Source: an uncultured bacterium (GTDB lineage: Bacteria; UBP14; UBA6098; B30-G16). Taken from it: 64,000 bases of DNA. Both the position numbers and the translations under genes were made by a program. The stretch is taken from the NCBI GenBank assembly GCA_965552135.1, contig CBEVQY010000001.1, positions 32,001 through 96,000 on the forward strand, written 5' to 3'. Every line of letters starts with the position of its first letter. Position 1 is the first letter of the stretch. Under the pieces are notes generated by a model, which did no database searches, had not been told where the DNA came from, and saw only the letters and a program-made list of their open reading frames with translations. Shown here piece by piece: positions 9,015 through 18,948 of the stretch.

Positions 9015-10925
9015 TCAGGGCAGAAGCCTCATGACCGTTCCGTTTTCGCCCACAGCCCACACGTGCGCGCCGTCGAGGACCTCGATGGCGTAGAGGTTCG
9101 CTTCGGTGTAACCTTCCGCCTGGCGGTACCACGTCTCGCCGCCGTCGACGGTGTGGAGGATGTAGCCGAAGTTGCCCACAACCCATCCTCGCTGGGCATC
9201 GACGAAGCCTATGTCGTGGAAGTGTGTGAACAGGTTGGGTTCGACGTCGGTCGCCTGCCACGTTTGCCCGCCGTCGGTCGTCCTCAGAAGCGCCATGTTC
9301 CCGCACGCCCAGCCGTTCGACGCATCGACGAAGGATACGCCCGTGAGGGCGCAGTTCGAGCCCGACGACTGCTCCTCCCACGATGCACCGCCGTCGGTTG
9401 TGTGGACGATAACGCCTGCATCGCCAACGACCCAGCCCTCGGTCTCGCTTATGAAGCAAAGTCCCATAAGCTCTGCGGCAACGCCGGGAGAGACGTCGAA
9501 CCAGCTTTGCCCTGAGTCGGTGGACTTAAGGACAATCCCGTCGCTGCCAACCGCGTAGACGACATCGCCGCCGGCAAACTGGACGCGGTTTAGGTGGTCT
9601 ATCTCTCCGCTTACGTCGATGTTTTCCTGGGGCACGAGGTTCCAGTGGTCGCCGCCGTCGGTGGTGACGAATATCGCTCCGTCGCTGCCAACGGCAACGC
9701 CGTCGCTGCCGTTTTTAAAGTCGACGCCGCTTACGGTTATGTCGAAGGCGTAGGGCAAAACCCTCTGCAAGAGGGTGTGACCGCCGTCAAGCGTCCTTAG
9801 GACGGTTGCCTTCTTGCCGACGACGACCCCCTCGGTGGGGCTTGTGAACGCCGCGTCCTGGAGGATGACGTTTGTGCCGTAGTTTGCGCCGACCCACGAC
9901 GAGAGGTCGCCCGTGCCGATCCTGACCGATCCCCCTCCGCGCACGGGATCAACCCCGACCACAAGGACAGCATCGCCCTCCGGGGTGAAGGTTGCCCAAA
10001 GCTGATCGCCGTAGGTGCTCAGTGCGTAGGTGGTGTCCCAGTTCATTCCGCCGTCGGTTGATATCACCGCCACGCCCTCGATGCCCACGGCGATGCCGTA
10101 GTCTCCGAAGACGGCGATGCTTGATAGCTGCTTGTTCGTTCGGGGGTTGTTTGCGCCGCTCCAGACGACGCTGTCGCCGGCGCTGCGGTAGAAGATCTTG
10201 CCCTCCTCCCCGCATATCAGGAACTCTTCGGCGCTCTTCGCTGCCGCGGCGGTGAAGACCTTGTCGGTGGCAAGCGTCTCCGGGCTCCAGGTGGCGCCGC
10301 CGTCGGAGGTGTAGAAGACCCAGCTACCCGTCGTCACAATGACGCCGTGGTCGGCATCGTAGAAGGCAAACCCGTTGGAGCCAAGCCCAAGCTCCTCGAA
10401 GAGCCCAATGCAGTGCGCCGTCCAGCTCTGCCCGTTGTCGCTGGAGGTGAGGAAGTACGGTCCCGCAAGCGCGTAGAACCTGCCACCGCCAACGTACTGA
10501 ACCGCCTTGACGTCGACTGAGTCGATCTCGACGCCGCTTACCTGTGCCCGGCTCCACGTTGCGCCGCCATCGGTGGTGTAGAACAAAGACGCCTCGCCGC
10601 CCAAAACGCCCGTCTGTTCGTCGGCGAAGTCGATGGCAAGAACGGAAAAACCCATAGTGTCCATCGCCGTTATGTTCTGGCTCTCCCAGCTGAGCCCGCC
10701 GTCGGTCGAGATCGCCACGAAGCCGTTGCCGCCGCCAACGGCTATAAAATCACCGCCCGAGAGTATATCGCCCGTGGCAAGGTTGGGCATAACGTCGGAG
10801 GAGGTGTGGATTATCTCCCAGTCGGTGTCGTCTTTGGGGATTTCCCTTTCTTCCTCGCCGGGCTTCTCACAGCCAACGATAAACGCTAAAACGAAAGCCA
10901 ATGCGAAAAGCCAAAGTCGTCTCAT
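9015..10925 (-). CDS. YCF48/BNR-repeat (Asp-box) double beta-propeller lipoprotein
   Basis: Lipobox LAFIVG-C; more than 10 repeats of (S/T)TDGGxxW and GWVVGxxG. Confidence 0.85.
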   Translation of the reverse strand: MRRLWLFALAFVLAFIVGCEKPGEEEREIPKDDTDWEIIHTSSDVMPNLATGDILSGGDFIAVGGGNGFVAISTDGGLSWESQNITAMDTMGFSVLAIDFADEQTGVLGGEASLFYTTDGGATWSRAQVSGVEIDSVDVKAVQYVGGGRFYALAGPYFLTSSDNGQSWTAHCIGLFEELGLGSNGFAFYDADHGVIVTTGSWVFYTSDGGATWSPETLATDKVFTAAAAKSAEEFLICGEEGKIFYRSAGDSVVWSGANNPRTNKQLSSIAVFGDYGIAVGIEGVAVISTDGGMNWDTTYALSTYGDQLWATFTPEGDAVLVVGVDPVRGGGSVRIGTGDLSSWVGANYGTNVILQDAAFTSPTEGVVVGKKATVLRTLDGGHTLLQRVLPYAFDITVSGVDFKNGSDGVAVGSDGAIFVTTDGGDHWNLVPQENIDVSGEIDHLNRVQFAGGDVVYAVGSDGIVLKSTDSGQSWFDVSPGVAAELMGLCFISETEGWVVGDAGVIVHTTDGGASWEEQSSGSNCALTGVSFVDASNGWACGNMALLRTTDGGQTWQATDVEPNLFTHFHDIGFVDAQRGWVVGNFGYILHTVDGGETWYRQAEGYTEANLYAIEVLDGAHVWAVGENGTVMRLLP

Positions 10926-11003
10926 CGGTCCTCCTTTTCTTTATGGATCGAAAGTGCTGGAACAATATCGGGGCAACGACCCTTTGTTGCAAGAACTTTT
11001 TGG

Positions 11004-12524
11004 CTACGCGGTTTTTCTGCGCAGCGCGCTTTGGATGGAGTTTGCAAGCCTTGCGAGCGTGAAGGGCTTTTGCAGAAGGTCAGCTGCGCCGCGCTCGACG
11101 ACGTGCTCAACGGGCTCTATGTAGGTGTATCCGCTCATGACGATGACGGGGCAGCCCGGGGCAAGCTCAGCTATGCGGTCGAAGACCTCCTCCCCGGGTA
11201 TGTCGGGAAGGACCATATCGAGAAGGACCACATCGGGCTTTTGCGTTTTTAAAAGCTCAATCCCTTCGGCGCCGTTTCGGGCGAGGATGGGTTCGTATCC
11301 CAGCGTTGCAAGCATTCTCGAGACCGCGCTGCGCATAGCGTCTTCGTCTTCGATCACAAGCACCCTCTCGCCCCTGCCCTCGGGGTACGACGTCTCGGGT
11401 AGCGCCTGTGCCGTCACATCGGCGGGGAGGATGACGGTTATCGTCGTTCCCACGCCCGGCGCACTCTGGATGTCTATCGTTCCGCCGTGGTGACGTGCGA
11501 TCGATAGCGCCACAGCGAGCCCAAGCCCGCGCGAAGGCGGATCCCAGCCCGAAAAGAAAGGCTCGAAAACCCTCTCCTGAAGCTCAAAGGGAATGCCCAC
11601 GCCGTTGTCGGAAAAGATTACGACCACATGGGGTTTTTGCGAAAGCTCAGGATAGCGCCCCAGAAAGAAGGCATCGGGCGAAACGACGTGCGCTTTGACC
11701 ACGATGCGCCCCTTTCCGCCGAGCGCGCGGCTGGCGTTCTGAAGAACGTTTTCAAAAAGCTTCTCCAAAAGGGATGGAAAGCCCTCAACCATCACAGCCC
11801 CTTCGGGGAAGCCTTCCTCCATCTCCACGGACGGTGGCAACATGTTGCGCCATGCCTTGCAAACGCGCCGCAGCAGGGCAACGATGTCGAACCTGCGGGG
11901 CGGCTGCCTGGGAGAGCGGACAAAAAGCGAAAGAGCCTGCAGTATCTCCGAAGCGCTCAGGATATGGTCCTCTATGTCACGGACGTATCCCGAAAGCTCG
12001 GTCGAAAGCCCTTCGGGCAGGCGACGATGAAGAATGCTTATGTCAGCCATAACGAGCATAAGTTCGTTGTTGAGTTTGTGGAAGATCTCGGAGGAGAACC
12101 TCTCCACAAGCTCCTGCCGCAGCAAAAGCTGCCTTCTGCGCTCAAACTGCATCCTGTCGGTCACGTCGAGAAGGGTTATGAGAAAACCTATGTGCCTTCC
12201 GTCCTCGTCGACGACCTTGGTGAAGGTGCAGTCCAAAACCCTCCCCTTGCTTGTGCGGATTGTGTGGTCGAAGAAGCCGGTTTTTTCTGCTTCGTCGAGG
12301 GCATTGCGGGCCACGTCGAGCACGGCGGGGTTGACCCTTTTCACAAAGTCGCAAAGCTCCTTCACCGCCATGCGCGCCCGGGGCAGCTGAGCCATCTCCA
12401 AAAGCTTTGCGTTGGCGAAGATGAGGTTTCTGTCCCTATCGAGCGTTGCGACGCCGAAGGGAAGTTTATCAAGCGATCGGCGCAGCGTGTCTAAGACCGC
12501 GAATTTATCGGGGAGCTTGTCCAT
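11004..12524 (-). CDS. Hybrid sensor histidine kinase (PAS-HisKA-HATPase-REC), cytoplasmic
   Basis: PAS ending DVTDR, H-box FHKLNN, N-box QNASRA, DNGVGI, FEPFF, GLGL; receiver IEDE / LLDMVLPD / KPF; likely start MDKLPD at 12524. Confidence 0.9.
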   Translation of the reverse strand: MDKLPDKFAVLDTLRRSLDKLPFGVATLDRDRNLIFANAKLLEMAQLPRARMAVKELCDFVKRVNPAVLDVARNALDEAEKTGFFDHTIRTSKGRVLDCTFTKVVDEDGRHIGFLITLLDVTDRMQFERRRQLLLRQELVERFSSEIFHKLNNELMLVMADISILHRRLPEGLSTELSGYVRDIEDHILSASEILQALSLFVRSPRQPPRRFDIVALLRRVCKAWRNMLPPSVEMEEGFPEGAVMVEGFPSLLEKLFENVLQNASRALGGKGRIVVKAHVVSPDAFFLGRYPELSQKPHVVVIFSDNGVGIPFELQERVFEPFFSGWDPPSRGLGLAVALSIARHHGGTIDIQSAPGVGTTITVILPADVTAQALPETSYPEGRGERVLVIEDEDAMRSAVSRMLATLGYEPILARNGAEGIELLKTQKPDVVLLDMVLPDIPGEEVFDRIAELAPGCPVIVMSGYTYIEPVEHVVERGAADLLQKPFTLARLANSIQSALRRKTA

Positions 12525-12638
12525 CACTTCTTCCTGAGGGCGATTATGACCGACCAGGCAAGCCCACCGAAAAGCACTCCCGCAACTATAACGAAGGTTA
12601 TCCAAGCCGAAAGCGGCATGGCGTCTCTCCTTTCGTCT

Positions 12639-15527
12639 TTATTCTGCTGGAGCGAGCTTTTCCGCCTCCATCTCCAAAAGCACCCTTCTGTTTACGGTTC
12701 GTCCCTCGGGCAGGGCGTTGTTGCCGATCTCGACCCACTCGCCCTTGCCAAGCTGCGAGTTCCAGCGGTGGATCTTGTAGGGGCGCTTCTCCCCATAGCC
12801 CCTGGTGCGGAGAACGACGTGGTGGTCCGAAAGCCACTTATCAAGCTGGGCGTCGGTTTCAAGGTTGAGCAGATACTTCATGTACTTCCTTATGTTCGCA
12901 AGCTCGCGCTGGGCGCGCTTTTGGGAGAGATCAAGGTTAGCGTACTCGGGACCGATGGAGTCGGTGTGCCCGGCGACGGTGGCAAGAAGCCTGTACTGAC
13001 CCTTCTGGGCGCGATATATGAGCCTTCGGGCTACGTACTCAACCCGGGATTCCAAAAACTTCGACTGCGGAACGTCCTCGTTGAACATGAAGATGACTAT
13101 AACGAGGCTTTCGATGCGCTTCCCCTGCTTCGTGACCTCGATGGCCATCGTGTCGGACTGCACAACGAGCTGCTCGCCCATCTTGTCCCAAACTTCAAGC
13201 TTTGCGAAGTATTTTTCGTCGAAGTCGAGGAGCATTCCCGCCTCGTCGCGCCAGTCCCAAGAGATGCCCTTTGGCACCTGCCCCTTGCCCGCAGCCAGCG
13301 TGCGAACAACGTTCCCCTTCGCATCGACTATGAGGACGGCGAAGCTGTCGACGCCGGCGTCGACCTCCGCGTCGATCTTGACGAGGTTCTCCTCCGAGCC
13401 CTCGACGGTGTAGTCCTCCAGAACCCTGTCCGCCTCCTTGGGTCTGTAGACGACGCCCTCGGGGTTGGGGAAGACCCAAACCTCGTTCGGTGAAACGGAC
13501 GGCTCATACTGCTGGTGGATGTAGACGCGTGGGGCGAGCTCTTCGCCAAGTTTCTCCTTGAGGAAGCGCGCGACGTTTGCAGCCCGTCTGAAGGCAAGAT
13601 CAGCCGTTGCTTCGTCGCCGGGGGGCGCATAGCCCTCCACGAGTATTATCACCTCCTCGTTGCGGTGCAAAAGCTCGCGCATGGTCGAAAGGAACCTGCT
13701 TAGGTCCTCGGTGTTGTCAGGTTCTTCGGAGCTTCCCGAGAAGGGGACCTTCACCAGGAAGTCTCTGCCCTCGACGAACCAAGCGGAAAGCTCGACGCGC
13801 CTGTTTTCCTCCTGCATCATCCTTCTGTCGCGCAGGATGACCTGGTCCTCGGGTATGCCGGCGCGGGATTCACTCATATCGTATCCGCTTTCCCTGACCT
13901 GGATTCTGTCGGCTGGCGCACCGAGGGAGACGAGACGATCCTTGACCGCACGCGCTCGCGCTATGGCAAGCCGGTCGGGCTTGTCGACGTCATCGGTGCT
14001 TTTGTCGTAATACCCCTCAAGCACCACAACAACGTCCGGGCAGAGCTTGAGCCTGTTGGCTACGATGGAGAGCATCCTGTCGAACCTGTGGTCGACCTCC
14101 GAGGAGTTCTTGTCGAAAAAGACTATGGGGATTATCGGCTCCTCCTCCTGATACAAAAGGAGCTTGGACACAGAAAGCTTTCTGTGCAGAGGCTCGATTT
14201 TGCCCTCGGGCTTTCGGAAGACGGACAGGTCCGCGAAGGCGGTGTTGTTGTCTTCGTCCACCTCCTCGACCTTGCCACGAACGGCGGGCAGATACTTCGG
14301 GTATCCGTCGACGCCGATGTAGATGGTGTACTTTCCGTTTCGCGGCGGGACCCACTTTCGCTTCAGGGTCAAAACCTCGCCGGGCTTTATCGTCACCCGC
14401 TCAAGCGGAAGCGCCAAAACCCAGTTGCCCGATGTGTCCTGGTAGTATATCACCACCGGCACGTTCTTTTCGGTCTTCTCGCCGCGGTTCTCGATCTTCG
14501 CGCTTATGACGACCTCCCCACCGAGGACGACTCTGTCGGGAACGATCGACATCGATCCCTCGACCACGGCGAGGTCCTCGACGGGCACGGGAGGAGGCTC
14601 CACAAGCAGGTTGAAGCTTACCCGGTGGGTCGTGAAGTACTTTTTCGCCATCTCGGTTGCGAGGGGGTACTCTACGGCGTAGTCTATCCCCCAGCTGAAC
14701 TTCTCGCCCCAGTGCGTGTATCCGAAGCCACAACCTACGGCGGCGCGGTTGTACCCCGCCCGCAGCGAAAAGCTTTGACCAAAGCTTTTCTCGACGCCCA
14801 TGTGCAGGTCAAGCTTCTTCCCCGCGGGCGCCTCTGTGGCGTACTCGACCTCAAGCGTGGGCGCAAATGATCCGAAGCGCAGGGCGCATCCACCGCGCAC
14901 CCTAAGCGGAAGCCTGCTCTCGCCGCCCTGGGAGACCGAGATGTCCGGCTGGGTGATGTTCTTCACCGCAACGCCCGCCGCAAGCCACTTCGCAGGGCGG
15001 AAATACAGCCCCGCGTCGGCGGAGAAGACCATAGACGATGAGCTCTGAGAAAGGAGCGGATCGGCTTCGTCGAAGTCGTGGAAGTTTGCGGTGTTAAACC
15101 AGCTTCGCCACAGCGTGAAGTTCGCGCCGACCGAAAGGCACTTCCCGTCGGGAACGCCCCAGAGGCGCTTGGCATACCCCAGCGTAAGCTCGCCCTGCGA
15201 GTAAACGTCGGAGAGGAACTGGACGTATGAGATGCCGACTGATCCGTACCGGAACTTCCTGTCGAGGTGGAGGACGTATCCCAGCCCGCCTTCCTGGAGG
15301 AAGTCGTTTTCGACGCCGAGGTTTATAGCGGCGTAGTTGAGCGCGAGCGCCATCCTCGAGAACGCGTCCATTGCGCCGGGGTTCCACACGGGCGCGTTTC
15401 CGTCGAGTGCGGCGGCGCAGTAGGCGCCACCAACGCCAACGCCGCGCGCCGAACCCTCATCGACCTGGCACAAAAGGGAAGTCGCCAAACACAAAATCCC
15501 CGCCAAGCACAAAAACTTCCTCGCCAT
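12639..15527 (-). CDS. Outer-membrane beta-barrel (PorP/SprF- or PorV/UPF0164-like) fused to CARDB, FlgD-Ig-like and three OmpA-like domains
   Basis: Signal peptide; SARGVGVGGA...WNPGA, KNITQPDIS, LRAGY, THRVSFNL barrel motifs; DLAV...IENRG...EVDEDNNTA (CARDB); ARARAV...NRRVE, RRAANV, and GHTDSIG...LSQKRA...GYGE...NRRV (OmpA_C). Confidence 0.8.
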   Translation of the reverse strand: MARKFLCLAGILCLATSLLCQVDEGSARGVGVGGAYCAAALDGNAPVWNPGAMDAFSRMALALNYAAINLGVENDFLQEGGLGYVLHLDRKFRYGSVGISYVQFLSDVYSQGELTLGYAKRLWGVPDGKCLSVGANFTLWRSWFNTANFHDFDEADPLLSQSSSSMVFSADAGLYFRPAKWLAAGVAVKNITQPDISVSQGGESRLPLRVRGGCALRFGSFAPTLEVEYATEAPAGKKLDLHMGVEKSFGQSFSLRAGYNRAAVGCGFGYTHWGEKFSWGIDYAVEYPLATEMAKKYFTTHRVSFNLLVEPPPVPVEDLAVVEGSMSIVPDRVVLGGEVVISAKIENRGEKTEKNVPVVIYYQDTSGNWVLALPLERVTIKPGEVLTLKRKWVPPRNGKYTIYIGVDGYPKYLPAVRGKVEEVDEDNNTAFADLSVFRKPEGKIEPLHRKLSVSKLLLYQEEEPIIPIVFFDKNSSEVDHRFDRMLSIVANRLKLCPDVVVVLEGYYDKSTDDVDKPDRLAIARARAVKDRLVSLGAPADRIQVRESGYDMSESRAGIPEDQVILRDRRMMQEENRRVELSAWFVEGRDFLVKVPFSGSSEEPDNTEDLSRFLSTMRELLHRNEEVIILVEGYAPPGDEATADLAFRRAANVARFLKEKLGEELAPRVYIHQQYEPSVSPNEVWVFPNPEGVVYRPKEADRVLEDYTVEGSEENLVKIDAEVDAGVDSFAVLIVDAKGNVVRTLAAGKGQVPKGISWDWRDEAGMLLDFDEKYFAKLEVWDKMGEQLVVQSDTMAIEVTKQGKRIESLVIVIFMFNEDVPQSKFLESRVEYVARRLIYRAQKGQYRLLATVAGHTDSIGPEYANLDLSQKRAQRELANIRKYMKYLLNLETDAQLDKWLSDHHVVLRTRGYGEKRPYKIHRWNSQLGKGEWVEIGNNALPEGRTVNRRVLLEMEAEKLAPAE

Positions 15528-15552
15528 CGCTCCTCCTCAACGATATGTCAGG

Positions 15553-18096
15553 TTATCGTGCCACGCTTATCGTCCCGTTACAGACCACCTCACCGTCGAC
15601 GACGACCAAGTATATATAAACCCCCTGCGGCACAACGTCGCCGTTGTCGTCCGTGCCGTCCCAAATCCATCTGCCGCCCTCGGCGCCCTCTATCGTGCGG
15701 ACGAGGTGGTTGTAGCGATCGTAGATGTAAATCTTCTTCTCCGTCCGCGCGCTCCTCATGTTGGGGAACTTGAAGTATGTGTAGTCGTTGTAGGTGTCGC
15801 CGTTGGGCGTTATGGGGTTAGTTCCGCGGTAGCAGGGGGTTTCGCTCATCACGAACGTCCACGTTGTATCGAGCACGTTGGGACCGCAGTAGGCTGTGTC
15901 GACGGCGTCGGCTGCGCGAACCCTCACGGTGACAACCTCGTTGTCCAGAAACGAAAGCGACGCATCGGCGGTGTTGAAGCCAAAGAGGTTTTCGGTGTGC
16001 GAAAGATACGCCGTTACGTCGAAGGTGCCCTCGCTGTTTGTGACCCAAACCTGAACCGATCCCGTATCGAGCCCCGACACCGCCTCGGGAATCGGACCCT
16101 CATCGGAGAGGACGAAGGATACGTCGAACTGAACGTCCTCCACCTCCACCCCGGGCGCGGGCAGAGGGTTCGAAAGCGTTGGGTGCGTTGCATCGACGAA
16201 GAAAACCCAGCTGTACTCGGGGCTTGGGCTCCCGTAGATATCGTAGAGCGGAAGAAGGTTTACCGTCACCTGACCGTCGCTGAAGTATTGCGTTCCCGGA
16301 GGGTTGAACTCTATGGTGTCGTTGTAGAAGGTTATCTCTGGATCGCCGTAAACGAAGGGCTCGCCGTTGACGTAAAGCTTTATGCTGTCGGGAACTATGC
16401 CCAGCGTGCACTGGACGGCGATGAGGATCCTCTGGTCGACGCACGCGGTTATCGAGCTTTCGGGGGGATCGACGAGGAAAGCCTGGGGCGGCTCGGTGCG
16501 GAAGTAAAACCAAAGCCCGTTGGGCTGAACGTTGTTGGGACCACAGTACTCCTCCGAGGTCTTATCGTAAGCTCTAACCACCTGAACGTGTATCGAGTCG
16601 CCGTGCTCGAAGCTTATTCCAACATCGGCGGGGTTTATGTGGAGTGTGTTTGTTGCAGCCTCCCAGCTAAGACCGCCGCCCGGGAAGAGCAGTGCGCTTG
16701 TTCCGCTTGAGGTGGTCAGGCTCACGAGTAACGATGCGGAGTCGACCCCCGCGAAGTTGTCGACGATGACGGCGTCCACGGGCTGCCGTGGGTTTGCAAC
16801 GGTGCAGCCCGGCGCAAGCGACCAGCTCAAAACACGGGGACCCTCCGTATCGACGATAAAGTGCCACTCCACGGGCTCAAGCAAACTTGTGCCCCAAAGG
16901 TCCGAAACGCTCACGTAAACGTCCACCGTCTCAACGTTCCCAAAGAAACCCTCATCGGGCTGCCAGACGAAGTAAAGCGTATCCGAGCTCCTGTAGGATG
17001 TGATGTGGTCGGGGAACACGAAGGTTGAGCCGTTCACCGTTATTGTAAAGCTTGTGGAGTCGATGCCTGTGCTGTCGAAGGTAGCGACCCGTATGAACTG
17101 GTCGCTGCAGGCGACGGTGTCATAAAGCGGCGGCTCGACGAAATGCACATCGGGCGGAGTCCGCTCGGGAAGACCAAGCCCGTAGTACGTGGCAACATAC
17201 GTCGTCTCTCCCGGCGCAACGGGGCGAGGATACCAGTAAATCAAAACGGCGCTGTCGGTGTAGGGCATAAAGCTTGGGGTGTAATCCCAAACGACGTCGT
17301 CGTAGTCGGGCCACCATCCCACGAGGAACCTATCGGGGCGAACGGCGTCGTAGCCCGAAAGATACCCCTGCGCCACAAGGTCTGTGGGGTCCCACGGGAA
17401 AGGCTCTTCGCCAGCCTGCCAGTAGGCGGGAACCTCATCGCCAACGAACTCCTGCTCGACCGCCGCGTAACCGTAAGGGGTGGCGAGGGGAGCCCGGTCG
17501 TTGTTCCCAACCATCGTGTCCATCTCAAGAAGAACGCCAACCTGATGCGTCGTCGTGGCTGAGTTGTTTATGATGGTGTAGCGGATGTAAACAGAGCCAG
17601 TAACATCCCCGTAAGCGTTCACAAGGTACACGGGCTGAAGACGCTGGAGTATGGTGACGTCCCCTATAATCCATCCCCCCTCGATGTAGGATGAATCGCC
17701 GGGGAGGGTCGTTATCGAGAAGGGTATGTCGGGCGACGAAAGGAGCGTGTACGCCGATGCAGGCGAAGGGTGATCGCTGTAGCTGTAGAACTCACCGTCT
17801 ATCTGGAAGACGGCGTGCGATGACCAGGGGTCCCAGGGGTAGTGGTATAAGAGGCACGTATCGGGGAAGACGGGATGCGTCGATGAGGTTCCGATGTTGA
17901 AGCATCCGTTTTCGCCGACTGTGCTGTTGTCGACCTGAACGGCGACGTAGTCGTTTTCGATGGGACCCAGAAGCATCGTGCTTTTGCGCTGGCTTTGCTC
18001 CCGCTTCCAGCGGGCATACTCGGCGGGATCACGAGGCACAGCGAAAACAACGCCCACCAAAAGCAAAGACAAAAACAGTCCAAACCTGCGTCGCAT
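15553..18096 (-). CDS. Secreted surface protein with Ig-like repeats and type-B T9SS (gliding-motility-associated, CHU_C-like) C-terminal domain
   Basis: Signal peptide; C-terminus [12 protein letters not shown]...[14 protein letters not shown]...[18 protein letters not shown]...GTISVAR. Confidence 0.85.
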   Translation of the reverse strand: MRRRFGLFLSLLLVGVVFAVPRDPAEYARWKREQSQRKSTMLLGPIENDYVAVQVDNSTVGENGCFNIGTSSTHPVFPDTCLLYHYPWDPWSSHAVFQIDGEFYSYSDHPSPASAYTLLSSPDIPFSITTLPGDSSYIEGGWIIGDVTILQRLQPVYLVNAYGDVTGSVYIRYTIINNSATTTHQVGVLLEMDTMVGNNDRAPLATPYGYAAVEQEFVGDEVPAYWQAGEEPFPWDPTDLVAQGYLSGYDAVRPDRFLVGWWPDYDDVVWDYTPSFMPYTDSAVLIYWYPRPVAPGETTYVATYYGLGLPERTPPDVHFVEPPLYDTVACSDQFIRVATFDSTGIDSTSFTITVNGSTFVFPDHITSYRSSDTLYFVWQPDEGFFGNVETVDVYVSVSDLWGTSLLEPVEWHFIVDTEGPRVLSWSLAPGCTVANPRQPVDAVIVDNFAGVDSASLLVSLTTSSGTSALLFPGGGLSWEAATNTLHINPADVGISFEHGDSIHVQVVRAYDKTSEEYCGPNNVQPNGLWFYFRTEPPQAFLVDPPESSITACVDQRILIAVQCTLGIVPDSIKLYVNGEPFVYGDPEITFYNDTIEFNPPGTQYFSDGQVTVNLLPLYDIYGSPSPEYSWVFFVDATHPTLSNPLPAPGVEVEDVQFDVSFVLSDEGPIPEAVSGLDTGSVQVWVTNSEGTFDVTAYLSHTENLFGFNTADASLSFLDNEVVTVRVRAADAVDTAYCGPNVLDTTWTFVMSETPCYRGTNPITPNGDTYNDYTYFKFPNMRSARTEKKIYIYDRYNHLVRTIEGAEGGRWIWDGTDDNGDVVPQGVYIYLVVVDGEVVCNGTISVAR

Positions 18097-18126
18097 CTTA
18101 TCGCCTCCTCGAACTAAAGTTTTATA

Positions 18127-18155
18127 AAAATATCCGCTGTGCGGTTTGGTGTCAA
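18127..18155 (-). promoter_or_regulatory. Sigma70-type promoter for the type-B cargo / barrel-OmpA operon
   Basis: Minus strand TTGACA-17 nt-TATTTT, followed by a GAGGAGG RBS before ATG 18096. Confidence 0.65.
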
Positions 18156-18263
18156 CTCAAAAGGCGCACAGTCTCTTGCCGTGCGGGTGCGGAAAACTTT
18201 TCCCCTTGCGTTTTACGAAAATGTTGCAATTTTGAGATTAGGGTCCACGCAGGGGGCGCCGCT

Positions 18264-18446
18264 ATGGTCAGGAAGGAGCTTTTGGAGATACTCGTCTGCC
18301 CGCAGTGCAAGGGTGAGCTTGAGTACCGTACGGAGCCCGAGGAGGTTTTGATCTGCCACGCCTGCAAGCTCGTATACCCCGTCAGGGACGACATCCCGAT
18401 AATGCTGCCCGAGGAGGCTAAACCGCTTGAGGGGCAGGAGGTTTAG
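18264..18446 (+). CDS. Trm112 family protein
   Basis: [14 protein letters not shown]...[17 protein letters not shown]. Confidence 0.92.
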   Translation: MVRKELLEILVCPQCKGELEYRTEPEEVLICHACKLVYPVRDDIPIMLPEEAKPLEGQEV

Positions 18447-18448
18447 CT

Positions 18449-18937
18449 TTGGACAAGAGCATAGCAGGAAAACTTGCGGCAAGGAACCTGAAGCTTTCGC
18501 AGTTTTGCGGCTTCGATTTGGTCAAGCTTGAGCTTTCGGCGAAAAGCAAGGACGAGGTTTTGCGCGAGCTTGCGGAGCTTTTGTCCCGCTCGCCCAACGT
18601 TGAGGACGCAGAATCAGCGTACGAGGCGCTTGTGGAGCGCGAAAGCCTCGCAAGCACGGGGATGGGGCTTGGTGTAGCCGTCCCACACGGAAGAAGCCAC
18701 AAGTGCAAAGGTCTCACCATCGCCTTCGGAAGGTCAAGCGAGGGAATCGACTTCGATGCGTTCGACGGACAGCCTGTGCACCTTTTCTTCGCCATACTCG
18801 TGCCGATTACGGCAATCCACCTCCACCTGCAGATCCTGGCAAGCCTTTCGTGCATGCTTCGGGAGGAGGGTGCACGGCGAAGGCTTATGGAGGCGCAGTT
18901 CCCGCAGGAAATCCTCAATTTCCTCGACGGCGAGTAA
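18449..18937 (+). CDS. PTS EIIA-domain protein (PtsN/fructose-type IIA)
   Basis: ERESLASTGMGLGVAVPHGR (phospho-His) and GIDFDAFDGQPVHLFF motifs; TTG start. Confidence 0.88.
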   Translation: MDKSIAGKLAARNLKLSQFCGFDLVKLELSAKSKDEVLRELAELLSRSPNVEDAESAYEALVERESLASTGMGLGVAVPHGRSHKCKGLTIAFGRSSEGIDFDAFDGQPVHLFFAILVPITAIHLHLQILASLSCMLREEGARRRLMEAQFPQEILNFLDGE

Positions 18938-18948
18938 AAAGCTTTGTC

